From the IMG/VR virus record IMGVR_UViG_3300045120_000462: 64,000 nucleotides of DNA; one strand, given 5' to 3'. Position 1 is the first letter of the stretch. Every line of letters starts with the position of its first letter. Source of the stretch: a virus. A model generated the notes under the pieces. The model was not told where the DNA came from and did not search any database. It saw nothing but the letters and a program-made list of their open reading frames with translations. Shown piece after piece: positions 31,830 to 40,514 of this stretch. Both the position numbers and the translations under genes were made by a program.

Positions 31830-33277
31830 TGCCGTACAACGTCCCCAATTCGGCGGACGTTCCCGCCATCGACCTTGCCGAACCGGACAACGCTGACTTC
31901 CTAGCTCTCGGGTTCCAACGGACAGGAGTCGTCTCCGGCGGGGCTGTCACGCAGTCGGGCACGCCGGCCATGTCGGTGCTGGTCGCCGCCGCCGAGATCA
32001 TCATCGACGGAGCGCCCTACACCAAGTCCTCGGCCACGGTCGTGCTCGACCCGGCGACGTCCTCGCCGCGCTTCGACATCATCGGGTGGAACCTCTCCGG
32101 CAACCCGGTGGCGATCAAGGGGACACCGAGCGGCACCAACGCAGTGGTGCCGGCGTTCGACCCGACGATCTTCTGCATGACAGCGATCGTCTACATCGGC
32201 GCCAGCGCCGTCTCGATCACCAACGCCTACATCGTCCAGAAGCAGGTCTCCCCGAGGATCAGCCTGAGGCACAACTACGTCGCCGACACCGACGTGGTGC
32301 TCGACTGGTCGACGCCGACGAAGGCGAGTGGGTTGAGGGCGTTCGCCAACGGAACCCTGCAATGGGTCTCGTCCACTCTCTCCCGTACCACCGACACGGC
32401 AATGGAGTGGGCGACGTCGTTGCTCATCCGGCAGAACGCCTCGGGCACGCCGAGCTTGATCTTGAAGTCGGCGACGCCGAGCGGGTTGAAGGGCGACTAC
32501 ATCCTGCAGGTGCAGCCGCAGACGACGACGAACACGATCGCCGGCATCGACACCACCGGGCGCCTCTCCGGCCTGAACATGCGAGCCGGCGCCGGCTCCC
32601 CCGAGGGAGCGGTCACCGCCGACCGCGGCACGCTCTACCTCAACGAGACAGCCACAGGCGGCAACGACGCTCTGTACGTGAAGACGACCGACAGTGTTCC
32701 CACCGGGTGGGTGGCGCTCGGTGCCTACGTCTCTTCGGCGCAAGCGATCCCGGTCGGTGGTGTGGTGGCGTGGCCGGGCATCATCGGCGCCGACACCGTC
32801 CCGTCGGGCTACCTGTGGTGCGACGGCAGCGAGCAGTCGCAGGCGACCTACCCGGCGCTGTCAGGATTCTGCGGGACGAAGTTCGGCACGGCCGCTGTCG
32901 GCAACTTCAAGCTGCCCGACTACCGCGGGCGCACGCTGTTCGGTGTCGACGGCACGCTCGCCACGACGCCCGGTGTCAACATCGGCGCCGACTCGTTGAC
33001 GCTGTCGATCGACCAGATGCCGGTGCACTCTCACGTTGTCCAAGACCCACAGCACGAGCACCCACAGCCGGGCTACTACCCATACGTCGTAGCGCAGGCG
33101 TACCTGCCGCGCTTCGCCATGTTGAAGAACACCGGCTCCGGTATCGGCATCGACACCGTGGATGGCACTACCTCGCACCTGGCTTCCACCGGGGTCACGG
33201 TGGCGCCGGCTGGCAACTCGCAGCCCTTCTCGACCTACCAGCCGTCGCAGTCGACCAACTTCATCATCAAGACGTGA
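31829..33277 (+). CDS. fibre-like protein with C-terminal phage tail-collar domain
   Basis: 482 aa; PVGGVVAWPG..VPSGYLWCDGSEQSQATYPALSGFCGTKFG..GNFKLPDYRGRTLFG matches the tail-collar pattern. Confidence 0.75.
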   Translation: MPYNVPNSADVPAIDLAEPDNADFLALGFQRTGVVSGGAVTQSGTPAMSVLVAAAEIIIDGAPYTKSSATVVLDPATSSPRFDIIGWNLSGNPVAIKGTPSGTNAVVPAFDPTIFCMTAIVYIGASAVSITNAYIVQKQVSPRISLRHNYVADTDVVLDWSTPTKASGLRAFANGTLQWVSSTLSRTTDTAMEWATSLLIRQNASGTPSLILKSATPSGLKGDYILQVQPQTTTNTIAGIDTTGRLSGLNMRAGAGSPEGAVTADRGTLYLNETATGGNDALYVKTTDSVPTGWVALGAYVSSAQAIPVGGVVAWPGIIGADTVPSGYLWCDGSEQSQATYPALSGFCGTKFGTAAVGNFKLPDYRGRTLFGVDGTLATTPGVNIGADSLTLSIDQMPVHSHVVQDPQHEHPQPGYYPYVVAQAYLPRFAMLKNTGSGIGIDTVDGTTSHLASTGVTVAPAGNSQPFSTYQPSQSTNFIIKT

Positions 33278-33278
33278 G

Positions 33279-33722
33279 ATGGCTGCTCGGCAGAAGATCT
33301 CCGTCGACCAGTTCGGAGACCTCTTCCACGGCACCTCTTCGGCGGCTGACGCCACTGACGAGTTGGCCCAGCACGTTGGTGGTCATCGCTACAGCGCCAT
33401 GCAGAAGTCCTTCGGCTGGAACTACGCCACCACCAGCAAGCACGAGGCGTGGCAGTACGCCGACGACGCAGCACAGAGCGACACCCGGCGCACTGGCGTC
33501 CAGCACCATCCACGGGTGTTCCAGGTGCAGCCGAAGCGGCGCAGCGAGACGTGGGGACCGGATCCCGACAGCGGCCCCAACGGCTTCAATGACGGTCCTG
33601 CCAACAAGCGTGATGCGCTCGACTACGCCGAGAACGGCAGCCCTGTGTCCCTGAGGTTCAGGTCACCACTGAGGGTGGTCGGTGGACTGGTTCGTAACCC
33701 GGAAGGAGACTTCGACTCATGA
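33279..33722 (+). CDS. Arr-like (ADP-ribosyltransferase fold) protein
   Basis: ATG 33279 in frame of ORF 33162..33722; DLFHGTSS / WNYATTSKHEAWQYADDAA / RVFQVQPKRRSETWGPDPD / SLRFRSPLRVVGGLV parallel the Arr blocks. Confidence 0.5.
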   Translation: MAARQKISVDQFGDLFHGTSSAADATDELAQHVGGHRYSAMQKSFGWNYATTSKHEAWQYADDAAQSDTRRTGVQHHPRVFQVQPKRRSETWGPDPDSGPNGFNDGPANKRDALDYAENGSPVSLRFRSPLRVVGGLVRNPEGDFDS

Positions 33723-33880
33723 GCCTCGAACGCTTCTACGGCAGTCGCGACGCGAAGGACGGTGTGATCTTCACCGGCCGCAGCGACGACCCGATCGACA
33801 CCGCCGTCGACAACTACGAGCCGGGCATGTACGAGTTCATCGAGGTCGCTCAGACGGACGACCTGTTCGACCGCGACTGA
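33719..33880 (+). CDS. 53-aa hypothetical protein
   Basis: ATG overlaps stop (ATGA); MSLERFYGSRDAKDGVIFTGRSDDP... Confidence 0.45.
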   Translation: MSLERFYGSRDAKDGVIFTGRSDDPIDTAVDNYEPGMYEFIEVAQTDDLFDRD

Positions 33881-33882
33881 TC

Positions 33883-33888
33883 TACGCT
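33883..33888 (+). promoter_or_regulatory. -10-like hexamer, leaderless architecture
   Basis: ATCTACGCT ggcatc ATG(33895). Confidence 0.45.
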
Positions 33889-33894
33889 GGCATC

Positions 33895-34755
33895 ATGGGT
33901 CGCAGCGTCGAGTCCCTGATGTACGACGCCCGCACGTGGCTGCGTGACTTCCCGACCTTCTTCACTGCCAGCTCTCCTGCGGTCTCGATCGCCAACCGCA
34001 CGATCAACCTGCCGCACATGAACATCGCCGTCGGTGGTCTCGTCGCATGGGCCACCGACGGCACCAACACGTGGAACGGGGTGCTCGACGACCACGAGAC
34101 GGTGGTGGCCGGCGCTCAGTTCGGCTACCTGCTCGATCAACGCAATGGCCTGATGCAGGTCGGCACCGTACCGACGACGCCGGCCTTCACCAGCGGCGCC
34201 CACATCAACGTCGAGGGCTTCTACACCGACTGGGTGGCCGACCAGGACTTGAAGTTCCACACCACCAACGTCATCGCCGAGTACAGCTACGGCCAGCCGA
34301 CGTGGACACTCGACACGATCGGCGATGTCGAGGCCGACCTCGTCTCACTGCGCACTGCGTGTGACGTGCTCTTCGCTCTGCTCGTGCAGTACTCCCGTGA
34401 CATCGACGTGTCGACGCCACAGGCGATGAGCATCCCGGCGACACAGCGTTTCCATCAGGTGAACACGTTGTTGTTCGGGCCGGGTGGCCTCATGGACAAG
34501 TTGAAGACCAAGGAGGACATGCTCGGTGTGGGCCTCGGGCGCGCCGAGATCGGCACGTTGCGCCGGGTGAGCAAGACGACCAACCGGCTCGTACCGGTGT
34601 ACGTGGTGCGTGAGTACGACGACATCTCCAAGCCACGCCGGCTGTTCACCGAGCCAGACACCATGGGCCAGTTCTCGCCGCCGACCGGCTTCACTCCTGG
34701 CCGCGAGCTGATCGAGGCGCAGGGCGGCACCATCCCGACGGAACCGAACCCGTGA
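33895..34755 (+). CDS. hypothetical structural protein (head/neck module)
   Basis: ATG 33895 in frame of ORF 33682..34755; 286 aa. Confidence 0.6.
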   Translation: MGRSVESLMYDARTWLRDFPTFFTASSPAVSIANRTINLPHMNIAVGGLVAWATDGTNTWNGVLDDHETVVAGAQFGYLLDQRNGLMQVGTVPTTPAFTSGAHINVEGFYTDWVADQDLKFHTTNVIAEYSYGQPTWTLDTIGDVEADLVSLRTACDVLFALLVQYSRDIDVSTPQAMSIPATQRFHQVNTLLFGPGGLMDKLKTKEDMLGVGLGRAEIGTLRRVSKTTNRLVPVYVVREYDDISKPRRLFTEPDTMGQFSPPTGFTPGRELIEAQGGTIPTEPNP

Positions 34756-34756
34756 G

Positions 34757-35419
34757 ATGGCTGACCCCCGTGTCGAGCTAGCCGCAGTCAACCGCCACCT
34801 CGGCTGGTGGCAGCACACCCACGGCGAGGTCGTGCTGTGGTACGAGCTGGACGGCAAGGCGTCGGTGTACAACCCCGTCTTCAACGTGCGCAACAAGGTG
34901 TACCGCGAGCCGATCGCCGTACCGGTGCTGTGGGTGATCTCGACCGAGGACACGCAGGAGAACACGCCCGAGGGCAGCAGGATGGTCACCACCCTGCAGC
35001 TCGCCATCACCATGAACCAGTTCCGCCGGCTCGGGATCTCGGACCCCTACGACTACGAGCGCCATCTGCTCGACCTCATCGTCTACTCCGGCGAGTACTA
35101 CTCCGTCGGCGAGTACAGCTTGCTCGGGCGGCTGTGGCGTGACGACGTGATCATCGCCATCAACGCCATCCACGTCTTCCCCGAGGAGGAGCTGGTCGGC
35201 TCCGAGGTGCCCGACGCTGCGTTCGTCGCCGAGTCGGTACGGCCGTCGCTCGGTGTCAACGACTCGGAGCCACAGACGTGGCTCCACTACCCGCCGCCGG
35301 CACTGCAGGCGGTCGCCACCGGCACCATCTCCGGTGGCTACTCGTGGTCGATGGCTGGTGCGCCGGCCGGCTACGGCGTCGGTCTCTACGGCGCCGGCCC
35401 ATACGGAGGTACACCATGA
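34757..35419 (+). CDS. hypothetical structural protein (neck module)
   Basis: ORF 34757..35419. Confidence 0.6.
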   Translation: MADPRVELAAVNRHLGWWQHTHGEVVLWYELDGKASVYNPVFNVRNKVYREPIAVPVLWVISTEDTQENTPEGSRMVTTLQLAITMNQFRRLGISDPYDYERHLLDLIVYSGEYYSVGEYSLLGRLWRDDVIIAINAIHVFPEEELVGSEVPDAAFVAESVRPSLGVNDSEPQTWLHYPPPALQAVATGTISGGYSWSMAGAPAGYGVGLYGAGPYGGTP

Positions 35420-35982
35420 CCGACACACCCACTCCTCCCGATCCGGGGCAGCCGCTGTGGGGTGACGACCTCAACAACTACCTGCTCTCGTTGGAGGCGC
35501 GCATCGCCGCCAACGAGGCGTTGTTCGCCACTGAGGGCGGGCGTATCTCTGCCGTCGAGACGACGGTCGCCGAGCAGGGAGAGTGGATTGCCTCCATCGA
35601 TGGACGGGTGGCAGCGGTCGAGTCCAAGCCCGAGTACGTCTACAACAGCTACGCCTGGATGTACTCCAACCAAGCGCCGCCGCCCTCTGGCAACCAAGTG
35701 CGCTTCGACAACACCGACCTCTCCCTCGCTACCGTCGCGGTCTTCCGGTTGCTCGACAGCGATAGCGCTGACCGCACGCCCGTGTTCCAGAAGCTGGCTG
35801 ACGGATCGCAGATCCGCATCAGCGATTGGGATGACGCCACCGTCCTCCACCTCTACCGCGTCACGGGGCCGGCCACCATCGGCCCATCCGACGTCACCGT
35901 ACCGATCGAGTGGATCTCCGGCAGCGGCACGATCCCCAACGCCAAGGCCAACGTCGGCTTCCTCGTTGCGATCTCCCCGTAG
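35416..35982 (+). CDS. hypothetical structural protein with coiled-coil N-terminal part
   Basis: ATG 35416 overlaps stop (ATGA); frame of ORF 35278..35982. Confidence 0.6.
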   Translation: MTDTPTPPDPGQPLWGDDLNNYLLSLEARIAANEALFATEGGRISAVETTVAEQGEWIASIDGRVAAVESKPEYVYNSYAWMYSNQAPPPSGNQVRFDNTDLSLATVAVFRLLDSDSADRTPVFQKLADGSQIRISDWDDATVLHLYRVTGPATIGPSDVTVPIEWISGSGTIPNAKANVGFLVAISP

Positions 35983-35995
35983 CTCGGAGGCCCGC

Positions 35996-36046
35996 AACTA
36001 CTGTTGGGCATGAGACCGGATTGCGCCCGGCTCCCCAACAGTTAGT
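35996..36046 (+). terminator. imperfect stem-loop
   Basis: CTGTTGGG (36001-36008) / CCCAACAG (36034-36041) with partial extension; right arm contains GTTAGTAG, as in the 4.7-4.95 kb iterons. Confidence 0.3.
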
Positions 36047-36059
36047 AGGTGCGTCAGCA

Positions 36060-36365
36060 GTGACAAGGCCACTGTTCGAGTTCAACACGTCCGTCGTCGA
36101 GGCGTTCAGTGGTGACCTCATGCTGCAGCACCTCACTCAGGCCCAGGACGCCGTCGAGCACGAGATCCGCGAGTCGCTACGCAAGCAGGCGCCGGATGAG
36201 GAGTTCGACATCTACTGGGAGGACGACCAGATCGTTGTCGGTCTGACGGCGGAGCAAGCACAGCGTGAGTTCGGCGAACCCGGTACTCCGCTGACCGCTA
36301 CGGTACGCACCGCTCTGGCCGGCGCTGCCGAGCGCCTTCGCCCCAAGTTGGCCATCCGTGAGTGA
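36060..36365 (+). CDS. hypothetical protein
   Basis: GTG 36060 in frame of ORF 35910..36365; alternative ATG 36120. Confidence 0.5.
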   Translation: MTRPLFEFNTSVVEAFSGDLMLQHLTQAQDAVEHEIRESLRKQAPDEEFDIYWEDDQIVVGLTAEQAQREFGEPGTPLTATVRTALAGAAERLRPKLAIRE

Positions 36366-37092
36366 CACCGCCACCCGTGTCGACCAGCTCAACCGTGGTC
36401 TGATCCTCGCCGAGTCGGCGGCGTTGAAGGCCAAGCTCTCGGGGATCTCAGTACCACGACCCGGCGCCGAGGCCCGCCGGGTGCGCACGTACTTCCGATA
36501 CCCCGACGAGCAGACCGAGCGGATCTACCCGTTCATCACCATCGAGTTCATGACGATGCAGTTCGCCCGCGACCGGGCGCACTCGGTGCACATGATCCCG
36601 ATCAACTACTGGCCGAGCGAGTACCCGACGTTTCAGGAGTACGCCGATGCGCACAACCTGACGCAGTGGACCGGCCGGGTCGGCAGCGCCGAGGTTCTCT
36701 ACTGGCACCCGTACAACATGCTGTTTCAGATCTCGGTCCACAGCCGAGACCCTCTCGACGCTTTGTACATCGAGGGCGTGCTGATCGGCACGCACTACAT
36801 CCCCGACCGCTGGGGCTACCTGACGATCCCCGAGGACGGCTCGATCCGTTGGCTCGATCGCATGGAGCAGCGCACCGCCAACTACCTCGAAGGCAACCCG
36901 CAGGGGATGAACCAGACCGTGTTCCGCACGATCTACACCGTCTCGGTCAACGCCTACGTACCGCCGGATGATCCCGCCATCTACCTCCAAGCGCTGCAGA
37001 TCATGGGCGTCATCATCAGGATCTCGCAGACCCCGGGCGCCGAACCCGAAGTCATCTCGTCTTGGATCAACGAAGCCCCGACCACGCCTTAA
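36358..37092 (+). CDS. hypothetical structural protein upstream of sheath (tail terminator/completion candidate)
   Basis: ORF 36358..37092; position only. Confidence 0.55.
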   Translation: MSDTATRVDQLNRGLILAESAALKAKLSGISVPRPGAEARRVRTYFRYPDEQTERIYPFITIEFMTMQFARDRAHSVHMIPINYWPSEYPTFQEYADAHNLTQWTGRVGSAEVLYWHPYNMLFQISVHSRDPLDALYIEGVLIGTHYIPDRWGYLTIPEDGSIRWLDRMEQRTANYLEGNPQGMNQTVFRTIYTVSVNAYVPPDDPAIYLQALQIMGVIIRISQTPGAEPEVISSWINEAPTTP

Positions 37093-37107
37093 CAAAGGAC
37101 CACGTCT

Positions 37108-38724
37108 ATGCCCGCTGCAACAACCATCACCGACACCTACTTCCCCGGCGTCCACGTGGTCGAGCGCCCGTTCCAGCCGGGCATCGCCAGTACCGCTGAC
37201 GTCACTGCCTTCGGGGCGTTCATCGGCCAGTCGGCTCAGGGGCCGGGTGTGCCCACCGAGGTGCGCTCGTGGCCCGAGTTCACCCAGCAGTTCGGGACCA
37301 TCTACACCGACCTGCACAACGCTGTCTACGACTTCTTCACCAACGGTGGCCGGCGCGCCTTCGTGACGCGTCTCGCTGCGACCGGTGGGGCGCCGGCCTC
37401 ACTGGTCGTCTACGACTCGTTGGTCACCACGCCGCCCGGTCCTCCGGGGGCGCTGTTGTTCACGGTGACGGCGACCAACAACGGCACGTGGGGGAACAAC
37501 CTCAACGTCGTCTGCTACACCCGCGACGCCGTCAACTACCGCTTCGACGTGGCGGTGTACAGCGTGCCCACCGGGACGACGTTCGACGCCACCAAGCGCA
37601 ACAGTGAGTACCTCGTCGCTCAGTGGAACGACGTCTCGCTGTTCCCCAACGACGACCGCTACCTCTACACGGTGACCAACCCGCCGTCCTCGACGAGCAC
37701 GCCGCTGGTCACCTTCATCCCCGGCGTGACGTACAACCCGAACCTGCCGAACACCGCAGCCAACCGGCCGATGCCCGGCACGGCCGGTGGCACGGCGCTG
37801 ACCGGTGGGTCCGACGGCACGTACACGCTCCCGCTCGACACGCAGTACGCCAACGCCGTTGCGGGCATGGCTGCCATCCCCGGGCCGTACGTGCTCAACC
37901 TGTGCAACCAGACGAAGAAGGAGATCATCACGGCGGCGATCAACGACGCCTCGGCCCGTGGTGATGTCTTCGTCGTCTGCGATCCGCCGCTCGGCAAGAC
38001 CGTGGCCGAGATCGTGCAGTACGCACAGAGCGATCTCGGGCTGAACGTGTACAACAACAAGGCCGGCAGCTTCGCTGCGCTCTACTACCCGGCGGTGTGG
38101 ATGCCAGCGATCGGTTCGGCCGTGCCGGGGCGCACCGTGTTGCGCCCCGGTGGTGGTGCGATCGTCGGCCAGTACATGGCGACCGACGACTCGCAGGGTC
38201 CATGGCGTGCGCCGGCCGGGCGCAACTACTTGGTCGGCGGTGCGCTGCAGGTCGAGCGCTCACTGACCGAGGCCGAGCTGACGACGCTCAACAACTCCAA
38301 CGTCAACGCTCTGCGTGTGGTCACCGGGGCGGGTGTGTCGATCATGGGCGCCCGTACCTTGAAGAAGACCGGCGCCGACATGTACATCAACGTGCGGCGC
38401 ACGATCATGGAGGTCACCCGCAGCCTGACATTGGCCACCGAGGTGTCGCTGTTCGACAACAACGACGAGCGGTTGTGGGAGCGCCTCGAAGGCACCTGCG
38501 AGGACTACCTCGGCAACATCTACGCACAGGGCGGGTTGAAGGGTGGCTCCCCCACCGATGCGTTCTACGTCCGCTGCGACGGCACCAACAACACCCCGAA
38601 CACCATCGCTCAGGGCGTGGTCAACATCGAGGTCGGCATCGCTCTGCTCACCCCGGCCGAGTTCATCATCATCACCATCGGACAGTTCGAGAGCGGCACG
38701 GTCGCCACGGCTGTGAACATCTGA
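37108..38724 (+). CDS. tail sheath protein
   Basis: 538 aa; N-terminal TYFPGVHVVERP.., C-terminal NALRVVTGAGVSIMGARTL; followed by the tube gene. Confidence 0.9.
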   Translation: MPAATTITDTYFPGVHVVERPFQPGIASTADVTAFGAFIGQSAQGPGVPTEVRSWPEFTQQFGTIYTDLHNAVYDFFTNGGRRAFVTRLAATGGAPASLVVYDSLVTTPPGPPGALLFTVTATNNGTWGNNLNVVCYTRDAVNYRFDVAVYSVPTGTTFDATKRNSEYLVAQWNDVSLFPNDDRYLYTVTNPPSSTSTPLVTFIPGVTYNPNLPNTAANRPMPGTAGGTALTGGSDGTYTLPLDTQYANAVAGMAAIPGPYVLNLCNQTKKEIITAAINDASARGDVFVVCDPPLGKTVAEIVQYAQSDLGLNVYNNKAGSFAALYYPAVWMPAIGSAVPGRTVLRPGGGAIVGQYMATDDSQGPWRAPAGRNYLVGGALQVERSLTEAELTTLNNSNVNALRVVTGAGVSIMGARTLKKTGADMYINVRRTIMEVTRSLTLATEVSLFDNNDERLWERLEGTCEDYLGNIYAQGGLKGGSPTDAFYVRCDGTNNTPNTIAQGVVNIEVGIALLTPAEFIIITIGQFESGTVATAVNI

Positions 38725-38734
38725 GGAGACAACC

Positions 38735-39355
38735 ATGGCAGCTCTTACGTTCCCCATCAACGCTGTGCCGGCGGATCGAGATCCGCTGCGCAACTTCGTC
38801 TTCCGCGTCAGCTTCCTCGGTCAGGCGCTCATCGCCCGGTCGTTCGCCGACATGGGGTTCATCTCCGTCTCCGGCCAGGGGATCCAGACCGAGATGATCC
38901 CCTACCGCGAGGGCGGCGACAACACGATCACCCGCAAGATGCCAGGGCAGTCCGACGTCGGGCCGCTGCAACTCATCCGCGGCGTGTTCATCAACACCAA
39001 CAACTCACCGCAGTACGACTGGGTCCGTCGTGTCTTCTCGGTGCAGTGGGGCAAGGGCTTCACCGGATGGAGCAGCAACTTCCGCTGCGACATGATCGTG
39101 CGGGTGATCAAGCACCCGGTGACGAGTTGGCAGACGGGCCAGCAGGGCGACCCTCGTGGCAACCTGTCGGCCGGCATGATGACCCGCTACTACAACTGCT
39201 GGCCGGGGGCAATCCAGTGGAACGACCTCAACGCCGGGGACAACTCGGTGATGGTCGAGACGATGACGGTGCATCATGAGGGGTTCCAGGTCTACTACGG
39301 CTCCAACGCCACCGGGACCGGCGTCACTGCCGACCGGCCGGAGTTCGCCGGCTAG
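38735..39355 (+). CDS. tail tube protein (T4 gp19-like family)
   Basis: GAGGAG SD; FVFRVSF..FISVSGQGIQTEMIPYREGGDNTITRKMPGQSDVGPLQLIRG pattern. Confidence 0.85.
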   Translation: MAALTFPINAVPADRDPLRNFVFRVSFLGQALIARSFADMGFISVSGQGIQTEMIPYREGGDNTITRKMPGQSDVGPLQLIRGVFINTNNSPQYDWVRRVFSVQWGKGFTGWSSNFRCDMIVRVIKHPVTSWQTGQQGDPRGNLSAGMMTRYYNCWPGAIQWNDLNAGDNSVMVETMTVHHEGFQVYYGSNATGTGVTADRPEFAG

Positions 39356-39381
39356 ACCGAAGACCCCAAGGAGGACACCGC

Positions 39382-40341
39382 ATGACGAGTGAGCAGACCG
39401 ATCTCGAAGAGCTATCACCAGACGACTTCGATCCCGACAAGATCAACCCCGACGGGGAGATCTTCGACATGTCGCAGTGGTCGACCGAGCCACCCGGCAC
39501 CCAGCCCGAGCAGGAGATGCACCCCGGCGCCCTGACGCCGGATCACGTCAACGACTCTCTGGCGAGGATGCTCGAAGACACTCGCCCCGATGTGCCGCTG
39601 ATCGCCGACCCGCCGGCCGGGACGGTGGAGCTGCTGTGGGGGATCGAGCGCGACGGCCACCGATACAAGACGGCGATCGTGCGAGAGCTGAACGGTGGCG
39701 ACGAGGAAGCTCTGGCGCGGCTGCCAGCGGGCAACGTCAACTACAACGTCATGGTGGTCGACCTCCACCTGCGCTGTGGCGTCGTGCAGATCGGTGGGAT
39801 CGACATCGCCAAGGACCGCAACGCCCTCGGTGAGTTGCTGATCTTCGATCGGGACATCCTGTTCAAGGAGATCCTGCTGACGACCTACGGCAAGCAGCGG
39901 ACGTACCGCGACGTGCTGTGCCCCACGTGTGGCTTCGCCGTCGACCTGTACGTCGATGTCGAGGCGCTGGTCGAGATCCGTGACAATCGTGAGTTCAGCA
40001 GTGACCGCTTCGTCGCCGAGTTGCGCGACGGCAGGCAGGTGCTGATGCGCTACGTCAGCGGCAACGATCAGCTCGGGGTGTTCCAGTCCACGACCAGGCC
40101 GCTGACCACAGCGGAAGCGAACAGCGCCTTCCTCGCCTCGTGCGTCGAGAAGGTCGACGGCAAGGCCGTTGCCAACCCGCAGGAGTGGTCACGGGAGCTG
40201 GGTGCTGCCGACAGAGCGACGATCGTGGAAGCTCTGCTCGCCATCCCCTCCATCGGATTCAAGGAGGTTGAAGTGCCCTGTGAGAAGTGTGGAGAGAGGC
40301 TCCCCACGAAGATCACTTGGGCCGATCTTCTACCGAGTTAA
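39382..40341 (+). CDS. tail assembly chaperone candidate
   Basis: AAGGAGG SD; position between tube and tape measure; CPTCG and CEKCG motifs. Confidence 0.6.
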   Translation: MTSEQTDLEELSPDDFDPDKINPDGEIFDMSQWSTEPPGTQPEQEMHPGALTPDHVNDSLARMLEDTRPDVPLIADPPAGTVELLWGIERDGHRYKTAIVRELNGGDEEALARLPAGNVNYNVMVVDLHLRCGVVQIGGIDIAKDRNALGELLIFDRDILFKEILLTTYGKQRTYRDVLCPTCGFAVDLYVDVEALVEIRDNREFSSDRFVAELRDGRQVLMRYVSGNDQLGVFQSTTRPLTTAEANSAFLASCVEKVDGKAVANPQEWSRELGAADRATIVEALLAIPSIGFKEVEVPCEKCGERLPTKITWADLLPS

Positions 40342-40513
40342 CTACCAGGCCGTCTACGCCCACTACACCCGGCTGGTCGAGACGTTCGGCTGGAACCCGA
40401 CGATCTGCAAGGCGTTGACGATTCGTGAGCGGAATTACTGGATCGAGTACATGGACTACAAGTCACGCATGGACCGCTATCGCAAGATGATGATCCCGAT
40501 CAAGGCGTCGTAG
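40280..40513 (+). CDS. chaperone extension frame: either a frameshift (+1/-2) product or an overlapping small gene
   Basis: Frame of ORF 40169..40513 overlaps the chaperone 3' end; no start after stop 40341; in-frame GTG 40280 lies 12 nt after AAGGAGG; ends 1 nt before the tape measure start. Confidence 0.45.
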   Translation: MRSVERGSPRRSLGPIFYRVNYQAVYAHYTRLVETFGWNPTICKALTIRERNYWIEYMDYKSRMDRYRKMMIPIKAS

Positions 40514-40514
40514 G

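Noticed and set aside
39382-40341. Canonical -1 slippery heptamer (X_XXY_YYZ) for a G/GT-type chaperone frameshift
   Set aside because: The overlapping frame is +1/-2, not -1, and I could not find a convincing heptamer. It is reported instead as an open question.
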